Shown one piece after another: positions 1 to 11,765 of a stretch of 64,000 nucleotides of DNA. The notes under the pieces are model-generated. The model saw only the letters and a list, made by a program, of their open reading frames with translations. It had not been told where the DNA came from and made no database searches. Both the position numbers and the translations under genes were made by a program. This DNA comes from Fimbriosthenelais zetlandica (taxonomy: Eukaryota): the NCBI GenBank assembly GCA_977030845.1, contig OZ365118.1, positions 18,600,001 through 18,664,000 on the forward strand, given 5' to 3'. Numbering within the stretch: the stretch's first letter is position 1; every line of letters begins with the position of its first letter.

Positions 1-50
1 GGGTATTGTTATTTAGACTGAGGGAGAGTGGGTTGGGGCGGGATACTCAC

Positions 51-864
51 ATTTTTGGCCGCCTTTTTACACTGCCCCTCATCCAGGCAGTCACCCGTGA
101 CTTTCTTCAGCTGTTCGTCTAGTGGGTTATCCTTCACGTCCAGCCAGCGCAGCTTACTGAGCTGGTACATGGACACGGGGAGGGTGCTCAGCTGGTTACC
201 CAGTAGATCAAGATGCTGGAGCCGGGACAGGTTACCAAAGTTAGCCGGCAGTTCATTCAGCTTGTTCTTACTCAGGTCTAACTTCACAATGTGAGTCAGC
301 GAGCAGAACTCCGCCTGAAATATACAAACAATCCTTATAATACAATGTATATGACTCTTTCTCAGCCTCAAAAAAATAATGTTCATGAATAAAATAATGT
401 AGTTGATGGATGGGCTGATGACTTACCGGAATACTCAAGATCATGTTACATGACAGGTCGATACTTGTAGCTTTCCGTAGATCCGCCTAAAAATAGAAAC
501 AAAATGTCTAAACTATCCACTATCTCCAGCCAGATACAGGGTAGCACTAGCCTAGGGCTAGGCTAGACAGAGCCAGCTTGAACCATCTATAGATATGCTT
601 ATAATGTTCATAGCCGGTGTTTGCTACGTTGAAATAACATTTACACGAAAAGTAAGGCATTTATTGCTATTTAAACCATTAACTACACGCCTAGCATGCA
701 GAGAAAACCGGGGGTTGAGATGGGGGAGAAGGGGGCTGAACCCCGCCCGGGCGATAATAGAGGTTTTTACTCACCAGCTCTTTTACTGGGACAACAGCCA
801 GGTCGCTGAGGCTGAGATCCAACTCATTCCCATCAAGTTTATCCCTCAAGCTTTCTTTAGGCAT
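51..864 (-). CDS. LRRC59: Leucine-rich repeat-containing protein 59, first three coding exons (775-864, 427-486, 51-314); gene continues beyond the window start
   Basis: Phase-0 GT-AG exons splice to [30 protein letters not shown] / [20 protein letters not shown] / [19 protein letters not shown]...[32 protein letters not shown]. This closely matches the vertebrate LRRC59 N-terminus ([17 protein letters not shown]...GDCLDEKQC). Confidence 0.93.
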
Positions 865-1221
865 CTTTAAAGCTTTCTGAACGTCAATAAAGGTAGATGA
901 ATGTAGTGATGATAAAGACCGGTGAAGCCCACGTCAACCGGATATAGAGAAACACATCTGGCTTCAGGTCTCACTACACAATGTTCATTAATGACTAAAA
1001 ATATAAAACAGTAATTCATTTAATCTCTTATATAGTATCATGACACATTAAATACATTTAGACTAAATCTAGAAAGTATTGTTCCAATGCATATTTGTCC
1101 CATTAATTATTCATTTTGCTGATAATTTACATCTTTATTACAGATATGGTGTAGAGACCTGAATGTCCTTGACGTGATAAACTTCCGGCGCCTGATGTAA
1201 GAAGCACACGCAATACACACC
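865..1221. promoter_or_regulatory. Bidirectional promoter region between LRRC59 and PAM16
   Basis: Divergent start codons only 357 bp apart. An ETS-type ACTTCCGG motif lies at 1181-1188, just upstream of the PAM16 ATG exon. Confidence 0.6.
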
Positions 1222-2628
1222 ATGGTAAGTCTGTTAATTCTATAATATTTACTTTAATATATACTACAAACGTTCACTAAGGGCAAAACTGGTTCATAAA
1301 GAACATTACTTCCATGTACGTTTGTGAAACCTCCCAGTTTGAGATGTTTAAAAGGACACTCCCCTTTTATCGCCCAGACCATGTTGTTTGGTTGCAGTGT
1401 CAGTCCGATGGTGAGACTGTCAGTGTCAGTGTCACTGAAGGACAATGGTCTTAATGTGGGCGGGGTGCATCATGTAATATTGGCTTCATTTATTAGAAAT
1501 ATAACGCTCAAATGTCTAAATGTTAAGATTAATAAACTCTAACTATAACATGGTCAGCCCGTCAGGTGTAAATAAATAAATTCTACACTAAGTCTAAGAT
1601 TATCATGGGTAGATGGGTGTACTAATAATCGTTGCCAACTGAGCCTCAAGAATGAGTATAAATGGGAAATTATAGAGTGCTTCATGTTTGATCATTTTAA
1701 TGGGACGATTCCCTGGTCTATTTCTTGAGAGAAGAGGTGACGTATTTTTAACTTTAATTTTAGTAATTTAACATTTAATAATTTGACATTTTGATTTTCT
1801 CTCATTGCAGGCTAAGTACATAGCTCAGATATTAGTGACGGGGTCTCAGATTGTGGGTCGTGCGTTTGCCCGCGCTGTACGGACCGAGTTCCAGGCCAGT
1901 CAGGCGGCGGCTCAGGCCAGACGCACGCAGGGCGGCGGTTCAGATTCCAGCCGCAATGCGGCGGCCGACGCCATCACAGGCATGTCTGTACAGGTGAGCA
2001 AATAATGCGGTCTTACATCCTCCACCTAATCCATTTTGTCGCTTGAATCATCAGGATGCATTATTTCCAGTAAGGTGTGATTTTTTCAGATATATGTCAC
2101 AGCTAATATCTCATGTAAAAATGTGTTTTTTTGAACTCTCCTTTAACTCATTGTCATCCTCTTGTAGGAAGCTAAGCAGATTCTGAACATGGAGAACTTG
2201 ACTGACGTGGAACGTATACAGAAGAACTACGACCATCTGTTCACAGTCAACGAGAAGTCCAAGGGCGGATCCTTCTACCTCCAGTCCAAGGTACACTCAC
2301 CCACTAGTCTGATAACCATTATCATTATTACATTAAAAGTATATAGAAATAAGTTATATATAGGACACTTATTCCCATTTTTCCTTCGTAACAGATCAGT
2401 ACTTGTGAAGTTTAAATGGTTGATATATTTTATATTTAATATACATATAGTTTATTAATATTGCAGGTGTTCCATATCTAGTTTCTGTATCTTATGTTCA
2501 CCATTTCTAACCTGTTTATTATTTATTTTAAGGTGGTTCGAGCTAAAGAACGAATTGATCAGGAACTTCTAGAAATGAAAAGACAAGAGGACAAGAAAAA
2601 AGAGAAAGCTGATGAGACTGCGAGTTGA
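1222..2628 (+). CDS. PAM16: Mitochondrial import motor J-like protein PAM16/TIM16/Magmas; exons 1222-1224, 1811-1993, 2168-2290, 2533-2628
   Basis: An ATG-only first coding exon, then [30 protein letters not shown]..., EAKQILN...[22 protein letters not shown] / [12 protein letters not shown], which are PAM16 signature segments. All junctions are canonical phase 0. AATAAA at 2971-2976. Confidence 0.95.
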
Positions 2629-3189
2629 CGGGGGAGGCTGTGATAGATGATTATAGAGAGTATGTACATAGAGACAGGCACACTAACATGTTACCTACAT
2701 CTAAGTCTTTAACATTCTACTTTACCTTCTTCTCTAGATTAAGTTTATTCCATGATCGGACCGTCAGTGTCACCTTCAGGTTATATACGTTCATGTCTAA
2801 AGATAGATTAATTTTCATTTTAAGTTCTGACATGTATGGTATTGAAGGTCGGAACTCGCGGAATGTCCGTGTATTGTGATTATGTAGTTATTAAGACTTT
2901 GTGATGTGGATTGAAGTTTATTTGATAAAAATGTAACAAATATCAGCCGAACATAACTTACTGGTTATCAAATAAATCGTTGATAACTAAAAGGAAACAC
3001 TTGTTATTGACTGGTAAAGTAGATGAGACATCGTCTAGGTTAGATCTTATAGGGCTTGGTAGTTATAGTGTCGGCCTGTAGGGCTTTAGTAGTAATAGAC
3101 TCAGCCTATAGGACTTTCTTAGTTATAGATTCGGCCGATAGGGCTTTGTTAGTTATGATCTTATAGGACCTTGGTTTAAGTGTACATAG

Positions 3190-5095
3190 TTAGGGGGTGA
3201 TCATCCCTAGTCTGGAGAATTCTTGAAGGATGAGTAAGAAGCTGGTGAATAGTCGTGTGGAGGCCTGGATCTGTAACGGTGTGATAGACTTCCTGAACAC
3301 CTCGTAGTCGCTGTGACTGAACCCCAGCTCCGTCAGTAAACTCTTAGTGCTCGTAGCGTCTGTAAAACATTGAGTGTCATGCTTGATTTTATATCTACAT
3401 TATTTTATAGTAACTGACTGAGCAGGGTATCTATAACTGATATATTAACTGACTGAGCAGGGTATCTATAACTGATATAGTGACTGACTGAGCAGGGTAT
3501 CTATAACTGATATAGTAACTGACTTAACTGGGTATCTATATCTGATATAGTAACTGACTGAGCAGGGTATCTATAACTGATATATTAACTGACTGAGCAA
3601 GGTATCTATAACTGATATAGTAACTTACTGAGCAGGGTATCTATAACTGATATAGTGACTGACTGAGCAGGGTATCTATAACTGATATAGTAACTGACTG
3701 AGCAGGGTATCTATAACTGATATAGTAACTTACTGAGCAGGGTATCTATAACTGATATAGTAACTTACTGAGCAGGGTATCTATAACTGATATAGTAACT
3801 GACTGAGCAGGGTATCTATAACTGATATAATAACTGACTTAACTGGGTATCTATAACTGATATAGTGACTTACTAAGCATGAGATCTGCCACCTTCTCTG
3901 GATCCTGATACACGGGGAAGACCATGTGCTTAAGGAGCCCTGTGAAGTCCCTGGTCTCTGTGCCCGCTCTCCGCTGCCAGTCTGTGAACCGGTCGATGAT
4001 ATCCTGCCTGCTCCCCACCTCCATGGACGTGACGTCCGGATATCCGGTCTCATCTAACCAGTCAGCGTACTCTATGATGATATCACCCATCATGAGTAAC
4101 TGGTCGTAACCCACCGATGTTATCAGGGGTTTCATGGCGTACTCGTAGTACATTGTGTAGCCATAACTGGTGAAGATGGGAGACAGTTCCATCTCAGCTG
4201 CCTTGTCCCCAGACGCCGCCTCTACAATGAGGAACATGCAATCATGACACAAGTCATATGAAGAAATTATTATGTCACTGTTAGATTGTTAGAGTATACT
4301 TACTGTAGACCAGGCAGGCTATTCGGTCCCGCGTCACACCGTCGAGCAGGTTAACGCCCACCGATCTGTTGACCCACGTCCAGATCTCGTCCACATCGTA
4401 TCTGATGTAGCGGATGTGTTTAAGGAAACTTTTAACTGTCTCCCAGTCAGGGTTCATAACAAAGTTAGCTAGGAGAGTCTTCATGGGTTCACACGGGCCG
4501 CCCGGTACCTGCGACATGAACATGGCTTTAATATAGGACAGTACCAGTATACATGTATTATTATATAGCTCATTACTACCCCATTCACCCTCACCCCATA
4601 CACTCTGACAACCAGCAGTGTGTCACCAGATCACTCTCTAATAGTAGCATATTACTCGTCTTTGTGAGCTGGTGCTCTGACTAGCTCGTTATTACTACAT
4701 TCATGTATTATAACATGTCTCCATGGTTCAAGTGCTCACCTTTCCTCCACCCGTCACAACTTCACCTGTCTCACCTCCACCCGTCTCACCGTCGCTTGTG
4801 ACATGGAGGTTGACGTTGAGTTTGGCCGTTATACCGCCCATTCCCTTCATGTCTACACTCCCCTTGATCACATAGCCCGCGCCTACCAAACCTGTATACA
4901 GTAAAACATCAGATACCTATAGACAGGAAATACCTGAGGAATTCTTAACATACTGAGAGCTACTTGAGAAATATTATATCACATCAACAGAATGTTAGAA
5001 GAGAATGATTAAATGTGAGAGATGTAGGAAGTGGACGTGAACTTACACGTCGCGACGTGAACCAGTATGAGTGACGTCATCCACCGCGTCGCCAT
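3190..5095 (-). CDS. Uncharacterised secreted protein, ~307 aa; exons 5047-5095, 4740-4891, 4304-4508, 3874-4221, 3190-3359
   Basis: Five exons with canonical GT-AG sites and matching phases (1,0,1,1) give one open frame of 924 nt. It starts MATRWMTSLILVHVATCLVGAG (signal-peptide-like), followed by a Gly/Thr/Glu linker and a predicted helical body. No family recognised. Confidence 0.78.
3408..3870. repeat. 35-bp minisatellite (~13 copies) filling the last intron of the orphan gene
   Basis: Unit taactgactgagcagggtatctataactgatatag, repeated head-to-tail up to the donor site at 3873. Confidence 0.95.
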
Positions 5096-6054
5096 CTTGA
5101 TGAATCTTCTCTCTCCTCCTCTCACCGTCTCTACAGCTGACTCGCCAAGTGATGAGTCTGTATAATATATCCCCATCCCATACATCCCATCCCATATATA
5201 CCCCATCAATATGGCCACATCAGTCTGACATGGGTCTCCCACTGGTTCCAGACAGGCGGCATCATGGATCTCTTGGATGTTTTATCAATTGTGAGAGAGT
5301 TCATGATAGGACCAAACTTGTATGTAATGTAGGGACGTAGTTGGCCCATTAAGGGTTAATCGGTGACTAAGGGTGACTCTATTATGTGTAATGATGTGTA
5401 AATAACATGATTGTACCCGCTCTATAATCTGTATTACTATTATTACTGACCAGAACTGACATGGTGGGGGACAGTAGGTAGCCTACATATCCCATTATAA
5501 TTAAGTGCTATCTATGGGGGTGTGGGATTGGGGTGGCTTTGGTGAGTTGTGTGGGATTGGGGTGGCTTTGGTGAGTCGTGTGTGACGGGAGTGGCTTTGG
5601 TGAGTCGTACAATGACATACGAACATCAATATATTAGAGAATTGTAAAAATGATCAAAGTTTGAGAATGATTCGCTCCACGAGGGGTTCATGACCTCACA
5701 CAGTTTTATTTCTCTCTTCTTTATTGTTCTACAGGGTTTCAACATAATACATGTATATATATAGTGTAGATATCCATAACAACAGTGACATGAATAACTG
5801 GTGATGACCATGTTAATGTATATTAGACCTGACGTTAATATAATATATAAGGTAATGTACTGTGATGGAAGTATAGCTTATAACGTCGTGTCCTCCTAAT
5901 CATATAGGGATCTTATACACAGTCCCACACAGTCATTAACAGTACCATTTACCCATGGTCCTACCAGTGTACAGTTCATTCACAGTAAACAGTTTACCCA
6001 TTATAAGTCTATATGTACAGTCTATACACTGCGTACCGTACTCAGTATGTAGTA

Positions 6055-9000
6055 TTATCGTGTTATAGGCTGTACGCCCAGTGAGCGAGCCCCGGCCACT
6101 ATATCATCTCCTCCATGCTCCTCCAGGGTGGCAGGGTCGGGGTGGGTGTAATCATTGAGGAAGTAGGAGGTACCAGGGACGTCAGGAGGGAAGCCTGGAG
6201 GTAGACATTCTCGGGGGCGAGGTGTGAAGCTGAAACCAGGCGTCACTAGGAGTAAACTGAAAAAATAATACATTATACTTATATATAACAATGATGAGAG
6301 GTGCGGCAGGCTGGTAACATGGGCTCCTTCCTTCTATACATGGATGAGATAATAGACACTATACCCAGACCGATAAAACCCTTCATGTAACCGTCTTAAA
6401 CTAATACTACACCTGTGGGTTGTGGGATTGTTATCTTCTAGTGTAGGTACTTTACCTGTGGATTGTAGGATTGTTAGTACAGTGTATGGACTTTACCTGT
6501 AGTTTTTTGTTCAGGTAACAGCGTTTATAATTTACCTGTGGGTTGTTGGGCTGATGTTGATTTGTCTCGCCTCACTTGATGATTCAAACTTATTAGCCAG
6601 CGTCACATTGTGACCAAAGAGACAGTATCGCGGCATGACAGTCCCCACCACCCCGGCCAGCACTGTGCCCGTGTGGAGGCCGATCCGCATCTATAACCAA
6701 TAGATAATACACATCTTACTTATCACGATTGGCTTTGGGGAAAACATCAAACATTTTCACCTGGCTATACTTTAATATTGGCTTATGGGGATGAGGACTA
6801 GTATCCCTTTTTCGCTCAGTGGTTTGTCCATCCCTCCTTAACACAATTAAGCCGATAGAAATATGAGATGAGAGATAATTCATATAGTATATCTGGGCAT
6901 GGTCGACAGAGTAGCTGAGTATGGCAGAGTAATTGAGACCTGTATAGGTTTTCCATCGTGAGCTCTCTCATTGTGAGCGACCGCCATCATCTTGAGCGCC
7001 ATCCACGCCACCTGTTGGGCGTGCGTCTCACTAGCGCGATGTAATCCTCCCGCTACACAATAGGCGTCACCAATAGTCTCTATCTGTAACATGATGAGAC
7101 ACACCTGGTGAGAAAACACTGGTATTATGCTGTAAAAAACAAATAGACCCAAAGTAATTGACAGTCAAACCTCAGATACTAGACAATGTATAGGTAGTCA
7201 TTCATTCATTCATTCATTCATTCATTCATTCATGAGGATATGGCAGCATTGCATTTCATGTTGAGGTATGAGAAATTGTAAACATCGAGTAGTAGACCTA
7301 CCCTAGCTAGGAGAGTTAGCTCGCCTTACTCAGTAGTAGACCTACCCTAGCTAGGAGAGTTAGCTCACCTTACTCAGCAGTATACCTACTCTAGGAGAGT
7401 TAGCTCACCTTATAGACATCGAGCAGCTCACACACCATGTCAAACTGCGTGTAGAGAGAGTTGAGCATGTTGATAACTTGTAGAGGCGAGGCTGTAGAAC
7501 AGATGGCTGTAAACCCGACCAGATCAGAGAAGAGCATGGTGACATTCTCTACCATACTGGGTAATACCTGCTCCCCTGAAACACCAAACCATCTCACAAT
7601 GATACGTTAACACCAAACCACCTAACAATGATTAATGATAGAGATAACAATCTGGTTACCCGCTTGGTCGTTGTACTGGGAATGCCCTCCCCTATAATAA
7701 AGTATCTACCAGCCTCTTTACTGGCTTGGTCGTTGTACTGGGAATGCCCTCCCCTATAATAAAGCCTCTACCACTCTGTTTACTGGCTTGGTCGTTGTAC
7801 TGGGAATGCCCTCCCCTATAGTAAAGTATATACCAGTCTGTTTACTGGCTTGGTCGTTGTACTGGGAATGCCCTCCCCTATAATAAATCCTCTACCAGTC
7901 TGTTTACTGGCTTGGTCGTTGTACTGAGAATGCCCTCCCCTATAATAAAGCCTCTACCAGTCTGTTTACTGGCTTGGTCGTTGTGTTTGACGATGCCCTT
8001 CCTCATGATAAAGTATATTTAGAGTAAGTACATACCGAGCCAGAGTTTCCTGGCCACATGTCTGGGGAAGATGAGGTCTAGGAGTTGGATGTTGGTGTTT
8101 CTCTCGACGTCCACCGCGGCTGAGGCCGTCTCTATCTGCTGCTTCAGCTGCTCCATACGCTTCGTCAGCGTCACCTGGTGGAGAACACTTCACTTAGTGT
8201 ACACTTAGTCAGACTGCTGCTACTCAAACACTGTCTGCTACTCAAATATTATTAAGATAGTAATCTATTCCTACAGTGAGGAAAACTTGGAGAGAGAGAA
8301 AGAGAGAGATATAAGGAGAGACAGTTAGAGAGCCGAGGGAGAAGTCAGGGAGTTGTCAGGTAGATTCGGGTATAATCTGATGGATTACCTGAGCCTTGCT
8401 CTGTTGACCCAGCAGTATGAGATCACGGGTAGCATCATGTATGGGAATGTCTGATATATACAGACCTTTACCCAGTAACTGGTCGAGATGCTCCAGTACT
8501 GGTGTACCCAGGAAGAGGAAGGAACGCGTCTCAGACAGATACGTCATCTGTCCCCGCAGTGACGTGCTCTGTAATCATACTTATATATCACTATGACAGG
8601 TTAGATGTGTCAATGTAGAGATCAGATCGAGTAGACCATGATGAGAGTTTTTATTTGAATTATACTGGAGATTTCTACAAGTAGGTTTTCAAAAGGACCT
8701 GTAAATGTTAAAAGTACCAGTATAATGTGTTAAAAGGACCAGTAAATGTTAAAAGTACCAGTATAATGTGTTAAAAGGACCAGTAAATGTTAAAAGTACC
8801 AGTATAATGTGTTAAAAGGACCAGTAAATGTTAAAAGTACCAGTATAATGTGTTAAAAGGACCAGTAAATGTTAAAGTACCAGTATAATGTGTTAAAAGG
8901 ACCAGTAAATGTTAAAAGTACCAGTATAATGTGTTAAAAGGACCAGTAAATGTTAAAAGTACCAGTATAATGTGTTAAAAGGACCAGTGAATGTTAAAAG

Positions 9001-11038
9001 TACCAGTATAATGTGTTAAAAGGACCAGTAAATGTTAAAGTACCAGTATATACCGACCTGTGACTGTTGTCCCATCAGTGCCACCTTACTCCTCACCTCA
9101 CACCGCAGCTCAAACCTCTGGTTAACATGTAATAGTAACTCCTGGTAGCTCCACTCAACTCCCGGGCTGACCATGGAGAAATACTGACTGACTCTCAGTC
9201 CTGGCCTCAGTACGTGCGGGCTCAGCAGCCTCCTGATACTGTCACCAATCTGTGTCATCGTCATCTTATCATCTATAATGATGTGGAAGGGAAACGATCG
9301 ACAGATGGTCGCGACAGAGATGGGTAGAGAGCGGGGGTCGCGGGACAGGCGAAATGTGGAGAGGCCGGCTGTACTAACCCCTGAATCCACTCCTGTCCCT
9401 CCTGTCCGCCCCCTTGATGCCCCTGTCCCCCGGTCTGCCCCATGTTGTGACGGAGGTTGACAGTCGGCCCCATGTTGTGACGGGGGTTGACAGTTAATAG
9501 CTAGTATTGTATCACATTCTCTATTCTCCATACTTTTAATCCTAGTTTCCATGTTCTCACCCAGCTGTACGTGTATGTTGAATATTGTACTGGCAGTCTG
9601 AGTGATCACTCCCCGGACTACGCTGATAAAATCCGCGTTATGCGGGTTACTGATATACACGATCAGTCCTCCTGACTTACTCACTTCACAGTTAAATGAG
9701 AGCATGTCCAGATCTTCATCATACCGTCTCCGGCCACGGGATGACCGGTACCGTGTAGGACGGACACTATGACCATTAGCTCTCCGCTGACCATTGCTCG
9801 GCTGACCTGCAGGAATATAAGATGACTGTTAAAATGACCAGTAAGAGGCATAAGTGTATAAAGCCTGGGGCACATAGAGGCGATTCTAACTGACCTGTGG
9901 AGGCTAGTTTGGCATGAATGAGGTGGTGGAAGTCGTCCAGTGAGTTGAGGAAGCTGTGGAGATGGCTGGCGAGTGACCGCAGCTCCTGGTCATACCTCTC
10001 CATGGTCCTGGTCAGCAGGTACTGCCCCGTCTCCTCCAGTAACTCTCCCACGCCTATACCTGATGAGATATACTGATAATGATACATACTTCTATACCTG
10101 ATAACGATATACATCCATATAGGCGGCAACACATCAATCTATCGCCATCCAATTCCCCATTTCTAATTCCATTTAATAATTGAAATTGAGTCAGTGGTCA
10201 GCCTTACCTATAGACTGTTCAATGAGTATAGGATTGTATAAGCCTCACCTAATGCTCGACTGCTCTCCTCCCCTCTCTCCAGCACGCTGTTTATAGTCAT
10301 GTTGCTACCATGGATACAATTGTTGATGACGTCATCTTCTGAGTCAACTTGAGCACTGTCAGATCAAAATCATTTCAGAATAATTCACATTCAAATTTCC
10401 TTTGATAAGATAGACATCAAATCGAAGGAAATATTTTAAATTAAGTCAGAATCTCACCAAGTAAGTTCCTGATGTTTCTCTACACAGTGGAGCAATGCTT
10501 GGAGTAGAGAATACGGCTGAAATGTAAAATAAATGAGAGTAAAGAGGCTCAGACAGAGGTCAATGACTCAATGAGAGAACGCAGGACAAGTACAGTCACT
10601 AACAAGAACTGCTTGATAGGAGTTTTAGTTTCTCTGTTGACTTATAAGATCTTGTAGTTCTTGTTTTAGTTTCTTTGTTGACTTATAGGGTGACTTTATG
10701 TGCTGACTTACTGATGGCATAATGATGCTCTGTACAGCATCCACCATGTGGTCTAGTTGTAATCTCTTGTAATCTCCCTCATCTTCCTCCTCTCCCAGCC
10801 CCTGACTGCTGGCCACTGAGATATTACTGATCTTCCTGGCCACGCCCGTCACGCCTGACTGAACGTCCGTCTCCCTCCCTGCTGGCGACCCCTGACGAGC
10901 TGCTCCCGAGAACGGACACCCTCCCCCCTGGTGGCGAACTCCCTTATCACGCTCAGGGGAAGTAGACGAGGCATTATGGGTAATCATGCGGCTCACATCC
11001 GGGGCTTTGGTGGTTCCTGTCCTCCTGGTGCTCATCAT
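6055..11038 (-). CDS. GUCY1A1: Soluble guanylate cyclase alpha subunit, ~797 aa; exons 10712-11038, 10458-10516, 10249-10355, 9895-10059, 9058-9806, 8389-8568, 8036-8174, 7409-7575, 6940-7083, 6536-6690, 6055-6256
   Basis: All junctions canonical and in phase. Contains the N-terminal GCPFS motif, PAS/HNOB segment (FPFHIIID...[18 protein letters not shown]) and coiled coil. The cyclase domain has both metal-binding Asp ([18 protein letters not shown]) but GHNVTLANK lacks the catalytic N/R, as in alpha subunits. The alpha-type tail [18 protein letters not shown] is present. Start codon choice is uncertain because an acceptor precedes it at 11047-11049. The symbol denotes the GUCY1A1/A2 family. 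Confidence 0.95.
7295..7411. repeat. Short tandem duplication (~3 copies) that includes the sGC-alpha splice donor
   Basis: ctaggagagttagctc(a/g)cctta repeated; on the gene strand each copy reads TAAG|G(T/C)GAGCTAACTCTCC. Confidence 0.85.
7660..7985. repeat. ~62-bp minisatellite (~5 copies) in an sGC-alpha intron
   Basis: Unit ctggcttggtcgttgtactgggaatgccctcccctataataaagcctctaccagtctgttta. Confidence 0.93.
8697..9050. repeat. 41-bp minisatellite (~8.5 copies) in an sGC-alpha intron, abutting the donor at 9057
   Basis: Unit gtaaatgttaaaagtaccagtataatgtgttaaaaggacca. Confidence 0.95.
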
Positions 11039-11599
11039 ATGACTACCTGAGAAAGGTGAAGCAAAGAGGACATGATTAGAGATAACATACATGTATTATA
11101 GCTTCATAGCAAATATAGGTGAGAGCAGATGTGAGCAAGAGTGGACATGAGATGTGAGTAAAATAACATCATAGATTAAAACATATATATTTGAGGCTAG
11201 ATGAGGTCAACAAACACTGTGATTGAGGAGCAGCTAGCTTGTTCTGTAATGGATTAATTCAGAATGAACAATGAGTTTGTATACTTGTTAGAATGAATGG
11301 GGAGCAACTCCCTCTCAGTCTCCCCCTCCCTCGCTCCATCCCTCTCTCCATCCCCCACTCTCCCTGTTCGGTAAGTTTGCTTTTCCTTCCTGCGCTCTCC
11401 GCCATCTCGCCTCAAACCACTTCACCTCACGCCCGCCAAATGTCAGCTCTTGGTGTGAGCTGATTACTTTTCTTCCCCGCTCTCTCCCTTCCTTCCATCA
11501 TTCTCTAACCTCCCCCATCTCTCCACACTCCCGTCCTTCCATTCTCTCCCTTTACTCAGCCTGCCGCCATGTTTCTGTGTTCATCAGGCAGACTGCCTC

Positions 11600-11765
11600 C
11601 ATCTCGCGGGGGATAAATGAACTAATATCATCACGTGACCCTGCTGTGGTCACCTGCTCACGTGACTTCCGGTCAAAATGTGAGCTGCTCTTTCTTCGTC
11701 TTTTCCGGGAGAGCTCTACTCATTTGTTGAGTCGTGTGAAGCTATTTTACTCCCCCAAAGTAAGT
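11600..11765. promoter_or_regulatory. CpG-containing promoter-like element upstream of sGC-alpha
   Basis: Two TCACGTGAC E-boxes (11631-11639, 11658-11666), an overlapping ETS ACTTCCGG (11665-11672) and a TCTCGCG motif (11602), followed by a strong plus-strand donor AAA|gtaagt at 11760. Confidence 0.5.

Noticed and set aside
4590-4682. Extra exon in the orphan gene (SEHQLTKTSNMLLLESDLVTHCWLSE...)
   Set aside because: The frame is open, but the acceptor lacks a pyrimidine tract and the gene splices cleanly without it. Left as an unverified alternative.
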